Positions 8,223 through 17,506 of a stretch of DNA of 64,000 nucleotides are shown in pieces (positions within the stretch are counted from its first letter, which is position 1; every line of letters starts with the position of its first letter). Both the position numbers and the translations under genes were made by a program. The DNA comes from a virus (Duplodnaviria; Caudoviricetes): positions 45,315 through 109,314 of IMG/VR virus record IMGVR_UViG_3300033070_001497. One strand, written 5' to 3'. The notes beneath the pieces were generated by a model, which made no database searches, was not told the origin of the DNA, and worked only from the letters and a program-made list of their open reading frames with translations.

Positions 8223-10752
8223 CCAAGGATTCATAGACGGAGCCCTAAACAGGTTCGCGAAGACGAACTTGGCCTATGAGAACAACCCTCTCATAGCCAT
8301 CCAGGACCCAACTTACCTTGGGTTCAAGCTCATGTTCCTTTTCGACCAGCCGATGAGCGGGCTTCTGTCGACGGTCGACCACCCTAACACCGCGATGGGT
8401 TACCTCTCAAGGATTGGGGACGACAACCGTGCGTACTACCTCTCACAGTTCGTGGATACCCTGAGAAGGATCAATGGCCATTGCCCATGGTTCTTCCAAT
8501 CGATCAGTGGATTAGATGAGGCATGGAAGCGTGGGTTCCATGAGGAAGAATTCAAATCTAGGCTGATCGATCGGAAGATCACGATCGGATGCCTTGAGAG
8601 CATCGACCTCAGGATGACTGCCCTGATGGATCTCTACCGGAAGGCCTGTTTCGATTGGAATTACTACCGCCAGGTTGTGCCATGGAACCTAAGGACCTTC
8701 AGTGTCTATGTCTATGTCTATGAGTCGAGGACGATCAACCGAACAGGCACGCCCACCCGCGAAGTTGAGGGCCCGCCTTCTCCTAATCCATCGATGACAG
8801 AGAGGATGCTCGGCAAGGAGATCCTTTCCGATTTCGATGATCCATCCCAGATCAACAACACCACGAATCGACTGCTTTTCAGGTTCGATCAGTGTGAGCT
8901 CATCCCAGACGATTCCTCAGGGATGCTCGAAAAGGTCGGCAACGATAAGATGGAGATGGCTTCTCAGAAGTTCAGCTTCTCCTACCGCCGCGTCTATGAG
9001 GAGAACCTGTACAACTTGTTCTCCGATCGGTTGCTATCTGATGAGATGATAGGCAACCTCGATAAGGCTGCGTTGGATGACTCTGAGATCATAGGCGGTT
9101 ACGCCCTCAACTCTCCTGACAACCCTACGCCTGGCAAGATAGATCCGAAGACATTCAAGGACAAGCTCAAGGAACAGGTCGATAAGTTCAAGGAGAAGGC
9201 TAAAGCGAAGTTGGATGCTTTGGGCAACGTGTTCGATCAGGACACAGTCCTTAAGACAGTGGAGGATCAGCTTCTTGCAAGGGCCAAGAACTTGGTCGGT
9301 AGCCAAGTCGGTAAAGCTATACTAGGCAATGTGTATGGTTTCTCCCCAGGAGGAATCGTTGCAGCCGCTGGCGCTGGGATCGATGGGCTTGTACAGCAAG
9401 CGATCACCACCGCTGGTGGGCCTGGCGCATCGTTCACGAACACGATCGATAAGCCTAGCGGACAGTACTTCGATGAGGTCACGAACAATCAGGTCACCAC
9501 GCCTAACGGCAATGTGGCTACTGGCCCATCGCTCAATAACGTCCTTGAGATCGCGAACGGTGAATCGAATGGCGGCGCCTCGTTGGCCAACGTGCTAGAA
9601 CAGGCCAGCGGTGAGCTGACAGATGGACCATCAGCCGATAACATCGAAGGCTCTGCCACCGGCGAGATCCAGGAAGGAGAATCGCCTTCAAACGTCAACA
9701 TGGATCCGCCTCCTGGCTCTCTTACAGGAGAATCAGCCGCAAATACCGAGGGCGAACCCGCTGGAGAGGTCGGTGGCGGCCCGTCGACCTCTAACACCGA
9801 AGGAATACCTACTGGTACCGTTGGAGGCGGCGAATCACTCTCTAACATCACCGAGGAGGCCTCTGGCAGGATCCAGGACGGTCAAAGCGTCGGCAATAAG
9901 ACCACCCTTGCTGGAGGCAAGATCCAGGAAGGACAGTCTGTTGGCAACTCGCTTACTGACGCATCCGGTAAGATCCAGGATGGCCAATCGGCCTCGAATG
10001 TCGAGCAGGAACCGGCTTCGAGCGGCTACTCTGGCGTATCGGCTGAATCCGGAAAGGCAAGCGGAAGCATCCAACCCGGCCAATCGGTCGGAAACGTAGA
10101 ACAGGAGCCTACCCCATCTGACTACTCGGGCGCATCCACAGAGAACAAAGAGAGGGATGCCTCGGGACAAATCCAAGACGGACAATCCGTTTCGAACCGC
10201 AATGGCATCCCAGATCCAAGCCCAATCCATGGCGAATCGGTCAAAAACACCGTACAACAAGGAGGAGGACAGATCTATGAGGGAAGCAGCACATCGAATC
10301 AGCTCACCGAAGCGAACGGCGAATTGCCTGACGGCCCATCGCGCCTGAATAGGACAGACGAGGATCCTATCGGCAAATCCCAGACTGGTGCATCTCTGGA
10401 GAACAAGATCGGGTTGGCGCATGGAAGCGTCGCCACTGGGCCTTCACTATCCAACCAGGACGTTTTCCATTCGAAGGCCAATCTCAACGACGCGGAAGGC
10501 ATCCCAGGCGGCAACCCAGTCAAGGATCGGTTCGAGCCATCTATGAACAACAAGACTGAGGATCTTCTCAGGTCATCGATCCAGGATGGCCCTTCTGGAC
10601 TCAACCGTCTTTCGGAAAGAGGCTTGACCGACAAAGGCGGAGATCAACCGTCGGAAGCCAATGGCACCGAATCGATCAATGAACGGATAGCAGACGGTCC
10701 ATCGAAAGGAAACTCGTTGGGGCCTCCTCCACATGAGAACGTGAACCGCTGA
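8215..10752 (+). CDS. Baseplate/tube-fold protein (gp54-like N-terminus) with a long C-terminal repeat region
   Basis: Globular N-terminus (WFFQSISGL...KITIGCLESIDLRMTALMDLYR) followed by about 23 G-x-S-x-x-N repeats. Confidence 0.45.
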   Translation: MSNQGFIDGALNRFAKTNLAYENNPLIAIQDPTYLGFKLMFLFDQPMSGLLSTVDHPNTAMGYLSRIGDDNRAYYLSQFVDTLRRINGHCPWFFQSISGLDEAWKRGFHEEEFKSRLIDRKITIGCLESIDLRMTALMDLYRKACFDWNYYRQVVPWNLRTFSVYVYVYESRTINRTGTPTREVEGPPSPNPSMTERMLGKEILSDFDDPSQINNTTNRLLFRFDQCELIPDDSSGMLEKVGNDKMEMASQKFSFSYRRVYEENLYNLFSDRLLSDEMIGNLDKAALDDSEIIGGYALNSPDNPTPGKIDPKTFKDKLKEQVDKFKEKAKAKLDALGNVFDQDTVLKTVEDQLLARAKNLVGSQVGKAILGNVYGFSPGGIVAAAGAGIDGLVQQAITTAGGPGASFTNTIDKPSGQYFDEVTNNQVTTPNGNVATGPSLNNVLEIANGESNGGASLANVLEQASGELTDGPSADNIEGSATGEIQEGESPSNVNMDPPPGSLTGESAANTEGEPAGEVGGGPSTSNTEGIPTGTVGGGESLSNITEEASGRIQDGQSVGNKTTLAGGKIQEGQSVGNSLTDASGKIQDGQSASNVEQEPASSGYSGVSAESGKASGSIQPGQSVGNVEQEPTPSDYSGASTENKERDASGQIQDGQSVSNRNGIPDPSPIHGESVKNTVQQGGGQIYEGSSTSNQLTEANGELPDGPSRLNRTDEDPIGKSQTGASLENKIGLAHGSVATGPSLSNQDVFHSKANLNDAEGIPGGNPVKDRFEPSMNNKTEDLLRSSIQDGPSGLNRLSERGLTDKGGDQPSEANGTESINERIADGPSKGNSLGPPPHENVNR
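9500..10745 (+). repeat. Degenerate ~17-aa (~51-nt) coding tandem repeat, consensus G(E/K/Q)IQDG(Q/P)SxxNxxxxAS
   Basis: GRIQDGQSVGNKTTLAG / GKIQEGQSVGNSLTDAS / GKIQDGQSASNVEQEPA and others, visible in the translation. Confidence 0.85.
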
Positions 10753-11510
10753 TGGAAACCTACCGCGATAACCTACACACGACATCTTGGCTAGGGGAGG
10801 TAGTTGATGTCAACGACCCGCTGAAGATCGGACGAATCAGGGCCAAGGTCTTTGGAAAGTTCGACGAGCTGAACACTGAGGACATCCCATGGGCCACCCC
10901 TGCGACGTCATGGTCAGGTGGCAGCGGCACAGGAGGCGGCTCATTCTCGGTCCCAAAGAAAGGATCGATCGTCGCGATCCAATTCAACAATGGTGACCTA
11001 TACCATCCGGAGTATAGGTTCAACCAGAACCTATCGAAAGAGGTCAAAGATCTGATCAAGGATTCGTACACGAATGCCCATGTCGTGGTCTATGACACCG
11101 TAACCGACGGTGGCATGAAGGTCTACTTCACGGAGAAAGATGGGCTGATGATCGATTACAAGTCGACGAAGCTGAACATCAAGCCGGACAATTCTATCAG
11201 CATAAAGAACCCGAATGGCGATGAGGTCGAGATGAAGAACAACGGCAACATCACGATCAACGTCGAAAAGACCGCGAAGATCAAGTGCATGGATGCTAAG
11301 ATTGTAGCACAGAACTCGATCCATTTGGACTGTTCGAAAGCCGCATCCATCAAGCTGGGATCAGTTGCTACCAATTCGATCATCCTAGGAGAACCTTTCC
11401 TTGCTCTGTTCAACGCACACGTCCATGTAGGCAACCTCATGTACCCTACTAGCCCTCCTATAACGCCAGCACCAGCATCTCTTCTCAGTCTGGTTTCAAA
11501 GACCCAATGA
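10752..11510 (+). CDS. Baseplate central spike (gp5 N-terminal OB fold / gpV-like), no lysozyme domain
   Basis: WLGEVVDVNDPLKIGRIRAKVFG...IPWA...VPKKGSIVAIQF; C-terminal FNAHVH (HxH metal-binding tip) and TSPP. Confidence 0.85.
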   Translation: METYRDNLHTTSWLGEVVDVNDPLKIGRIRAKVFGKFDELNTEDIPWATPATSWSGGSGTGGGSFSVPKKGSIVAIQFNNGDLYHPEYRFNQNLSKEVKDLIKDSYTNAHVVVYDTVTDGGMKVYFTEKDGLMIDYKSTKLNIKPDNSISIKNPNGDEVEMKNNGNITINVEKTAKIKCMDAKIVAQNSIHLDCSKAASIKLGSVATNSIILGEPFLALFNAHVHVGNLMYPTSPPITPAPASLLSLVSKTQ

Positions 11511-11511
11511 C

Positions 11512-11973
11512 ATGCCGCTAGACAAAGACCAACTGAAAGAGAGCATCAAAACCGACCTCTCGACGACGATCGCCCAGAGCTTGACCGAAACACAGGAAGC
11601 GCTGTCAATTGCACTGAAAGACTCCGATGGTGGTTTCTATTCTGCGCTTACTAACATCAAGAATCGGGCCGAAGCGTTGGCTGGAACCGATGTTTCACAA
11701 TTCGTTCCAGCAGTTCAACTGATCGTTTCAGAGGAGTTCGCAAAGACCATCTCAAAGAAGATCGTCGAGGCTCTCAATTCAACTTGGGTAGAAAAGGTCA
11801 GTGAAGCCTTAGCGAAGTGCATATCGACTCGGATAGACGAGTACATCAAGAGCGCAGAAATCAGGGTACCTCCTGGCGCATCAGTCTATGTTCCTCCTCC
11901 ATCAACTGGAGTCGGTGCAAGCGCAGGCCAAGCCTATGTCCAAGGAATTTCGAACCCTGCGACTATTAGGTGA
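11512..11973 (+). CDS. Spike-associated hypothetical structural protein
   Basis: Directly follows the gp5-like gene; contains IDEYIKSAEIRVPPG. Confidence 0.55.
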   Translation: MPLDKDQLKESIKTDLSTTIAQSLTETQEALSIALKDSDGGFYSALTNIKNRAEALAGTDVSQFVPAVQLIVSEEFAKTISKKIVEALNSTWVEKVSEALAKCISTRIDEYIKSAEIRVPPGASVYVPPPSTGVGASAGQAYVQGISNPATIR

Positions 11974-11981
11974 GATAGATA
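11974..11981 (+). promoter_or_regulatory. Putative late promoter GATAGATA for the bS1 gene
   Basis: Immediately after the upstream stop and 24 nt before ATG 12006. Confidence 0.55.
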
Positions 11982-12005
11982 CTTACCACTTCTAAAGGGA
12001 ACTAC

Positions 12006-13238
12006 ATGAATCGTCCGGCAATCCGGAAATCGACGGCTCCACAACTAGAGAGCCTCCTGGCCAGCTACAAGGTCAAGCTTGAAACTACCGAGAATCCAAT
12101 GTTGCCACCGGCAATAGACTGGGATGCGTTAAGCGCCCAATCTGGGAAGAGGCTGGCCAACAACGTGAGGGTCAAGCGTCACAGAGGAGATGAGAAGACC
12201 CAGATCTTCTGCCATGAGCCTTACGCCCAGGAGCTGTACGAAGCTTACTTCGGTGAGCTCGTTGGCCTAGTGGAACCGAAGGTCAACGCAGTAGTCAAGG
12301 GAAAGGTCATCTCTTGCAACGCCAAGACCGCATCGATCGACATCGGATGGCGTGAGGAAGCGATGATCGATCTTGGCCGCGAGGACAAGTCGTACCTTCC
12401 TTACATCGAAACAGGGAACGAGTTCGAGGTCATCGTGGAAAAGGTAGATCCGAACGGAAAGAAGCCGGTGATCGTCTCGCTCACGAAGATGGTGAAGCGA
12501 CGCAACGAAGAGGAGCTGATGAATTCCATCGGAAGCCGTGTCGCTTTCCCTGGCAAGGTCGAAAGCATGATCCAGAACGCCGGCTACTACGTCGACATCT
12601 CTGGGATCAGGTGCTTCATGCCAGGATCGTTGGGTGGCATGAACAAGATCGTCAACTTCGAATCCCTCGTCGGCAAGGAGCTCTACGTAGTTCCTATCGT
12701 CTATTCGAAGGAGAAGGAGTGCATCGTTGTCTCACACCGCAAATACCTGGAATCGTTGATTCCGGGTGAAGTCGAGAAACTCATCGTGGGCCAACGCTAC
12801 GACGGGTTCGTGACTGGCACCAGCGTGCATGGCATCTTCGTCGAGTTCAATGGCTGCCTCACTGGCCTGATCTCAAAGTCAGACATGTCAGAAGAGGTCA
12901 CGGAGCTCTTCAGCAATGGCAGGATCAAACCAGGTGACACCATCAATTTCTTCCTGAAGGAGATATTGGAAGACAATCGATTGGTTCTCTCGATCAACCC
13001 AGTTGAACCGTCTCCTTGGGAGACGATCGAGGACCGGCTGAAGCTCAACACGAAAGTGAGCGGAAAGGTCAAGAAGATCACCAAGTTCGGTGTGTTCATC
13101 GAGCTCGAGCCTAAGATCGTTGGCCTTTTGCACCGGTCTTACCTCGATGAGGCGGATGTGTTCGAGGTCGGCCAGACCGCTGACGCGGTCGTGGTCAAGA
13201 TCGATGTTCCAGGCAAGAAAGTATACCTGGCAAGCTGA
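12006..13238 (+). CDS. rpsA: Ribosomal protein bS1 homologue (4 S1/OB domains)
   Basis: D1 VVKGKVISCNAKTASIDIGWREEAMI; D2 GYYVDISGIRCFMPGSL...LVGKEL...IVVSHR; D3 GQRYDGFVTGTSVHGIFVEFNGCLTGLI; D4 SPWETIEDRLKLNTKVSGKVKKITKFGVFIELEPKIVGLLH. Confidence 0.85.
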   Translation: MNRPAIRKSTAPQLESLLASYKVKLETTENPMLPPAIDWDALSAQSGKRLANNVRVKRHRGDEKTQIFCHEPYAQELYEAYFGELVGLVEPKVNAVVKGKVISCNAKTASIDIGWREEAMIDLGREDKSYLPYIETGNEFEVIVEKVDPNGKKPVIVSLTKMVKRRNEEELMNSIGSRVAFPGKVESMIQNAGYYVDISGIRCFMPGSLGGMNKIVNFESLVGKELYVVPIVYSKEKECIVVSHRKYLESLIPGEVEKLIVGQRYDGFVTGTSVHGIFVEFNGCLTGLISKSDMSEEVTELFSNGRIKPGDTINFFLKEILEDNRLVLSINPVEPSPWETIEDRLKLNTKVSGKVKKITKFGVFIELEPKIVGLLHRSYLDEADVFEVGQTADAVVVKIDVPGKKVYLAS

Positions 13239-13336
13239 TGGTAGTAGCATCATTCATCCTGGGCGCAATCCTAGGAGCGGCTGTGATCGGGTATGTCATC
13301 ATCCGGTTGATCAACGAACAGGGTCCGAATTTCTGA
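13238..13336 (+). CDS. 32-aa single-pass membrane microprotein
   Basis: MVVASFILGAILGAAVIGYVIIRLINEQGPNF*; TGATG-coupled to the bS1 stop and fills the gap; below the ORF-track cut-off. Confidence 0.6.
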   Translation: MVVASFILGAILGAAVIGYVIIRLINEQGPNF

Positions 13337-13338
13337 TC

Positions 13339-13346
13339 AATAGATA
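13339..13346 (+). promoter_or_regulatory. Putative late promoter AATAGATA
   Basis: 4 nt before GTG 13351. Confidence 0.6.
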
Positions 13347-13350
13347 GCCG

Positions 13351-14601
13351 GTGAACACCCGGCCATCCCCAATCGATTTTACCGATCCAAGGATCGTTTT
13401 CAGGTTCTCATGTGAGTTTCTGCATGGCGATCCGCTCGTGGGTCGAATCACGGAAGCCATCGGCCTCCATGTCATCAAGCAGGGCCAGCCCAACCCATAC
13501 CAAGCCAGGCTCACCAAGTTAGGCAAGGAGCGGTGGAAACTCAGCACCGGTTTCATGGATTACTCCCACGGGAGGCTTAGCATGATCAACACGATGAGGT
13601 GGTTGGCCGAGTCATCGAAGACCGATAGCCACTGTGGGATGGTCCTCGATTTCAGCGCGTTCGATGGAAAGAACAACGTCACGTATCGCGTCGATCCTAT
13701 GAAAACAGTGCTAGGGTTCGATGATCGGTTGGCGCTCGAATCGTTCTCGGAGACGAGCCATGCTCCACAATCGATGAGGACTGCGATCGATCGCCTCAAC
13801 ATGAGCCAATCGTCGCCGATCTATGGATGCGGAATTTCCCTTGGGTCAGAACATGGAACGGACTTCACAAGGGTCAAGGATGGATATGTCAGGGTGAAGT
13901 ACATCGGCGGCGAATCTTACCCACAGAAGCTTTCTGAGGGGTTGGCCATCGTCGAGAGCATCGCTAAGTGCATATCCGAAGGATACCGATCCCCGGGCGT
14001 ATACAACGAGTCTGAGAGGTCAACGTTCATCAGGATGGTGAGCGAATCGACTTCGATCAAGGGATCCTGTGCGGATTACCAGACTTTCAGGCAACGGTAC
14101 CCGGAGATGAGACTCCGAACCAACATGTCAGACAACCCAAGGGAGCTGTCGGCGATGTTCAACCGGTTCAAGCCTTTGCTCATTTCGCTGTTGGAAGGAT
14201 GCGAGATCGATGGCAATGAAGCGGAGATAAACTACGACAGCGATCGTGGGATGCTACAGATCAAAGAGGCCAAGCTCACCGTCAAATCGATCGAAAGGAT
14301 AGACCTTCTAGATTGCACGATCAAAGGTGGCAGGCTCCACAAATGCCAACTGTTCGAGTGTGAGTGCAAGTCATCCACGCTGAGCTGTTGCTACACGAAA
14401 GAAACGTCGGTCAAGAACTGCACAGCGGTCGATTGCTACCTGGACCTATTCAGTGAGATCAACGAATCGATCATCGATGGCCGCATCACCGAGATCAAAT
14501 GCTCGGTCGAGAAGTCTGCGATCAGGAACGGCCGGATCGGAAAGAGAGCCAAGATCGATGCGCTCACTGAGATCTACGAAAATGTGACCAAGGAACAATG
14601 A
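13351..14601 (+). CDS. Degenerate amidoligase-like protein with C-terminal beta-helix repeats
   Basis: FSCEF, KTDSHCGMVLDFS and GYVRVKYIGGESY echo the amidoligase GxExE / TxxxCGxHxH / xIEFRxxGG motifs; C-terminal LLDCTIKGGRLHKCQLFECECKSSTL repeats. Confidence 0.5.
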   Translation: MNTRPSPIDFTDPRIVFRFSCEFLHGDPLVGRITEAIGLHVIKQGQPNPYQARLTKLGKERWKLSTGFMDYSHGRLSMINTMRWLAESSKTDSHCGMVLDFSAFDGKNNVTYRVDPMKTVLGFDDRLALESFSETSHAPQSMRTAIDRLNMSQSSPIYGCGISLGSEHGTDFTRVKDGYVRVKYIGGESYPQKLSEGLAIVESIAKCISEGYRSPGVYNESERSTFIRMVSESTSIKGSCADYQTFRQRYPEMRLRTNMSDNPRELSAMFNRFKPLLISLLEGCEIDGNEAEINYDSDRGMLQIKEAKLTVKSIERIDLLDCTIKGGRLHKCQLFECECKSSTLSCCYTKETSVKNCTAVDCYLDLFSEINESIIDGRITEIKCSVEKSAIRNGRIGKRAKIDALTEIYENVTKEQ

Positions 14602-15356
14602 CACTCACGCCGACAACCCAAGAATTCATCGAGAGGGTCAAGCAGGAGCTGACTGTCGCTTGTGCGGTGCCGTTCGATCTCAAGGCCAAGGAGATCACTA
14701 GGCTGATCGAAGATGCGTATGGGTGGTTCACTTACTCATACGAGGATTCGGTTGAGGATCGGCTCTACGTCATACCAGTCTCGTCTTTCTCGGTCCCTCT
14801 GTTCAAGGCTAAGCGAGTCCTGCCGCTGCCCACCTGTGTGGTGGCTGTGAATGGGGTAAAGAAGCTTCGGGAGGATTTCCTGCCATCCTTCTCGTTCGAT
14901 GGCACCACGGACATCACGGCCGAGAAAGTGATCTTCAAGGATTCTGCCAACCTTGGCTATGGATCGGAATCCCTGATGTACTACGCGCTCAACCTCTATT
15001 GGATCGATCTGGCATCCCACATCCTCAACCACACGGTCTCCTGGACGTTCAACAAGAACACCGGGCTGCTCTTCTTCGGTGGAGAGACGCCTAACCGGGA
15101 CATCGTGGTCCAGTGCCAAACCAAGATCCCGCTGGATGATCTGATGAAGGACCATCTTTTCTACCGCTATGTGGTGGCCAAGGCCAAGATCCAGCTCTCC
15201 AGGATGATAGGAACGTTCGATTTCTCACTCGTCGGCAACGTGAAGATCAACTACGAGCTCGTAAGGGAAGAGGGCAAGGAGGAGCTACAGGAGGTCAAGG
15301 ATCGGATCAAGGGCGACAACGCCATGGACTTCTTCTTTACCAGTGGCGGCGGTTGA
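14598..15356 (+). CDS. Neck/head-completion protein gp13-like
   Basis: EITRLIEDAYGWF...; FYRYVVAKAKIQLSRMIGTFDFSLVGNVKINYELVREEGKEEL matches the gp13 C-terminal pattern. Confidence 0.75.
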   Translation: MTLTPTTQEFIERVKQELTVACAVPFDLKAKEITRLIEDAYGWFTYSYEDSVEDRLYVIPVSSFSVPLFKAKRVLPLPTCVVAVNGVKKLREDFLPSFSFDGTTDITAEKVIFKDSANLGYGSESLMYYALNLYWIDLASHILNHTVSWTFNKNTGLLFFGGETPNRDIVVQCQTKIPLDDLMKDHLFYRYVVAKAKIQLSRMIGTFDFSLVGNVKINYELVREEGKEELQEVKDRIKGDNAMDFFFTSGGG

Positions 15357-15362
15357 TTGTCC

Positions 15363-15370
15363 AATAGATA
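15363..15370 (+). promoter_or_regulatory. Putative late promoter AATAGATA
   Basis: 4 nt before GTG 15375. Confidence 0.6.
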
Positions 15371-15374
15371 GGAC

Positions 15375-15743
15375 GTGCCAATCGATTTCTATTTCAGGAT
15401 GCCAGAGGATCCTAACTACTCGAGCTACGAGACGGAGGTGGCCGAGGAGCTGGACCAATTCTTGCAGCAGGTCGAGATGATCCTGACCACCCGGAAGGGC
15501 CAGGTCCTTGGAGAGCCGAAGTTCGGGGCCAACCTCGAGGATTTCCTGTGGAACTACAGGGCCTCGTCTTACCAGATCGAGAACGAGGTCAAGTCCCAGA
15601 TCGAAACTTGGTGCAGCGAGCTCGGACAGAAGTTCAGCTACAAAGTCGAGGCAAGCTTCATCCCAGGTGACATAAGCGACTCGATCCTCGTCGATATCAC
15701 CATCGACGGAACAAAAGTCCTAGGGATAGGAGTGAGACCATGA
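15375..15743 (+). CDS. Baseplate wedge gp25-like
   Basis: MILTTRKGQVLGEPKFGANLEDFLW is the GPW/gp25 signature. Confidence 0.85.
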   Translation: MPIDFYFRMPEDPNYSSYETEVAEELDQFLQQVEMILTTRKGQVLGEPKFGANLEDFLWNYRASSYQIENEVKSQIETWCSELGQKFSYKVEASFIPGDISDSILVDITIDGTKVLGIGVRP

Positions 15744-17506
15744 ACATCCTGAACCCGCACAGAATAAAATACTCCGAGGTAGAGTCGGACGTGCATGGCT
15801 ACCTTGGCAAGACTTACGCCCAGAAGCGATCGGTTTTCTCCGTCGCTTCCGTGTACGGCCAGATCCTGAAGGTGCTCAAGTCATTCTGGCAGCTGCTCAT
15901 GCTCATGTTAGAAGACTCGATCGTCGAGAACAACATCTACACCGCTTCAAAGCAGAGGGCGATCTATGGCCTTTCCAGGCTAGCTGGCCACAACCCCACC
16001 AGGGCTCTGTCGGCCCAAGGCACGATAAGGATGAAGATCAAGGCGAGCGCCCTGGCTGATCTGAACGCCTCTTACATCGATATCGTCGATCGGACAACTC
16101 TCAAGTGCACAGACAACGGCCTCCCTTATTTCATCCAGCTCGGAGAATCCCTGGACTCGATCAGGATCAACATCTCTGACAGGGAATTTCACCGAGTGAC
16201 GATCGTCCAGGGCAAGGTGGAATCACAATCCCTGATCGGCACCGGACAGGCACTGCAATCGTTCAACATCAAGGCCAAGAAACCGATAGAGAATGAGCTA
16301 GTCTTCGTCAAGGTGAACGGCGTGCCCTATGAGGTGGTCGATTCTCTCTACGACATGAGGAAGGGAGAGAACCTTTGTATAGTCAAGACCAGCGTCATCG
16401 ATGGAATTGACCTGACATTTGGAAACGAGGACTATGGAGTCATCCCTCCATTGGGCTCGCTGATCACCGTCGAATACGTGACATCGGATGGTTTCGAAGG
16501 CAACATCTACAGCAAATCCGATAGGATCGAATTCAAGTGGGATGGCGAAGCGATCACCGACACCGGCGAACAGGTTGACCTGAACGAGGTCCTCGACGTT
16601 TTCATCGATAAGCCGATCGTCCTAGGCGCTGACAACGAGCCAATCGAACTCACAAAGCTCATTGCACCGAAGACATCGAGGTCTTACGTTCTGGCTAACC
16701 CAGACAACTATGTGAATCTCCTCTCCAGGTTCAACTACTCGTATGTCGATGCTTACACGACGTTCGACGACGATTACCTGGACGATGACAACGTCGTCTA
16801 CCTTTTCCTGATCCCTGACCTGTCAAGACGGCTGGAAAAGAACACTGACTACTACACCACGCCATTGACTTCGTTCTATCTCGACACAGACGAGAAGGAT
16901 GCGCTGGTCTCGTGGATCCACCAATCCGGTAGGATGATCGCTTCGACTGAGCTCCAGATCGTAGACCCGATCGTCAAGAAGTATGCACTCAACATCTTCC
17001 TACGGATCTTCGATTGGGCAGATGCTTCGACGGCGAGGTCAATGGCGATCTCCAAGGTGACTGACTACATGCTCACGGTCAACCGCCGAGACAAGATCCC
17101 GAAGTCAGACCTCATCGCCATCCTCGAGGGAATCAAGGGAATCGATTCGGTGCACGTCAATTTTGTCTCTGAGGAGAACGAAAAGGCGATCATCGATGGG
17201 TGGTACACGAAGCGAAGCTACCAGACTGATCGGATCCGTGGGCTCAAGACGTTGGTGGAGACCAGAGTCAATCTGACAGATGGAGATGACCCAAGGCTTG
17301 GACTGGATGATTTTGGCGACATCAAGATCGGACTAAACGAGATGCCGCTCTTCCGAGGAGGATGGTACGATCGATTCGGCGCCTACTACGACGATGGACT
17401 CACCGACCACAACAGCTGTTCCGTCAATGTGGTCATCAAGGAAGTGATACAGGACAGCGTGGCTAAGAGGATCGCGGCGAAGAACAAGGAAGCGCTCAAG
17501 AGATGA
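15740..17506 (+). CDS. Baseplate wedge gp6-like (baseplate J)
   Basis: IYTASKQRAIYGLSRLAGHNPTRALSAQG, LTFGNEDYGVIPPLGSLITVEYVTSDGFEGN, GADNEPIE; follows gp25. Confidence 0.85.
   Translation: MNILNPHRIKYSEVESDVHGYLGKTYAQKRSVFSVASVYGQILKVLKSFWQLLMLMLEDSIVENNIYTASKQRAIYGLSRLAGHNPTRALSAQGTIRMKIKASALADLNASYIDIVDRTTLKCTDNGLPYFIQLGESLDSIRINISDREFHRVTIVQGKVESQSLIGTGQALQSFNIKAKKPIENELVFVKVNGVPYEVVDSLYDMRKGENLCIVKTSVIDGIDLTFGNEDYGVIPPLGSLITVEYVTSDGFEGNIYSKSDRIEFKWDGEAITDTGEQVDLNEVLDVFIDKPIVLGADNEPIELTKLIAPKTSRSYVLANPDNYVNLLSRFNYSYVDAYTTFDDDYLDDDNVVYLFLIPDLSRRLEKNTDYYTTPLTSFYLDTDEKDALVSWIHQSGRMIASTELQIVDPIVKKYALNIFLRIFDWADASTARSMAISKVTDYMLTVNRRDKIPKSDLIAILEGIKGIDSVHVNFVSEENEKAIIDGWYTKRSYQTDRIRGLKTLVETRVNLTDGDDPRLGLDDFGDIKIGLNEMPLFRGGWYDRFGAYYDDGLTDHNSCSVNVVIKEVIQDSVAKRIAAKNKEALKR

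Noticed and set aside
9500-10745. CRISPR array or DGR repeat
   Set aside because: The repeats are degenerate, in-frame and conserved at protein level. There are no identical direct repeats with spacers, and no reverse transcriptase in the window.
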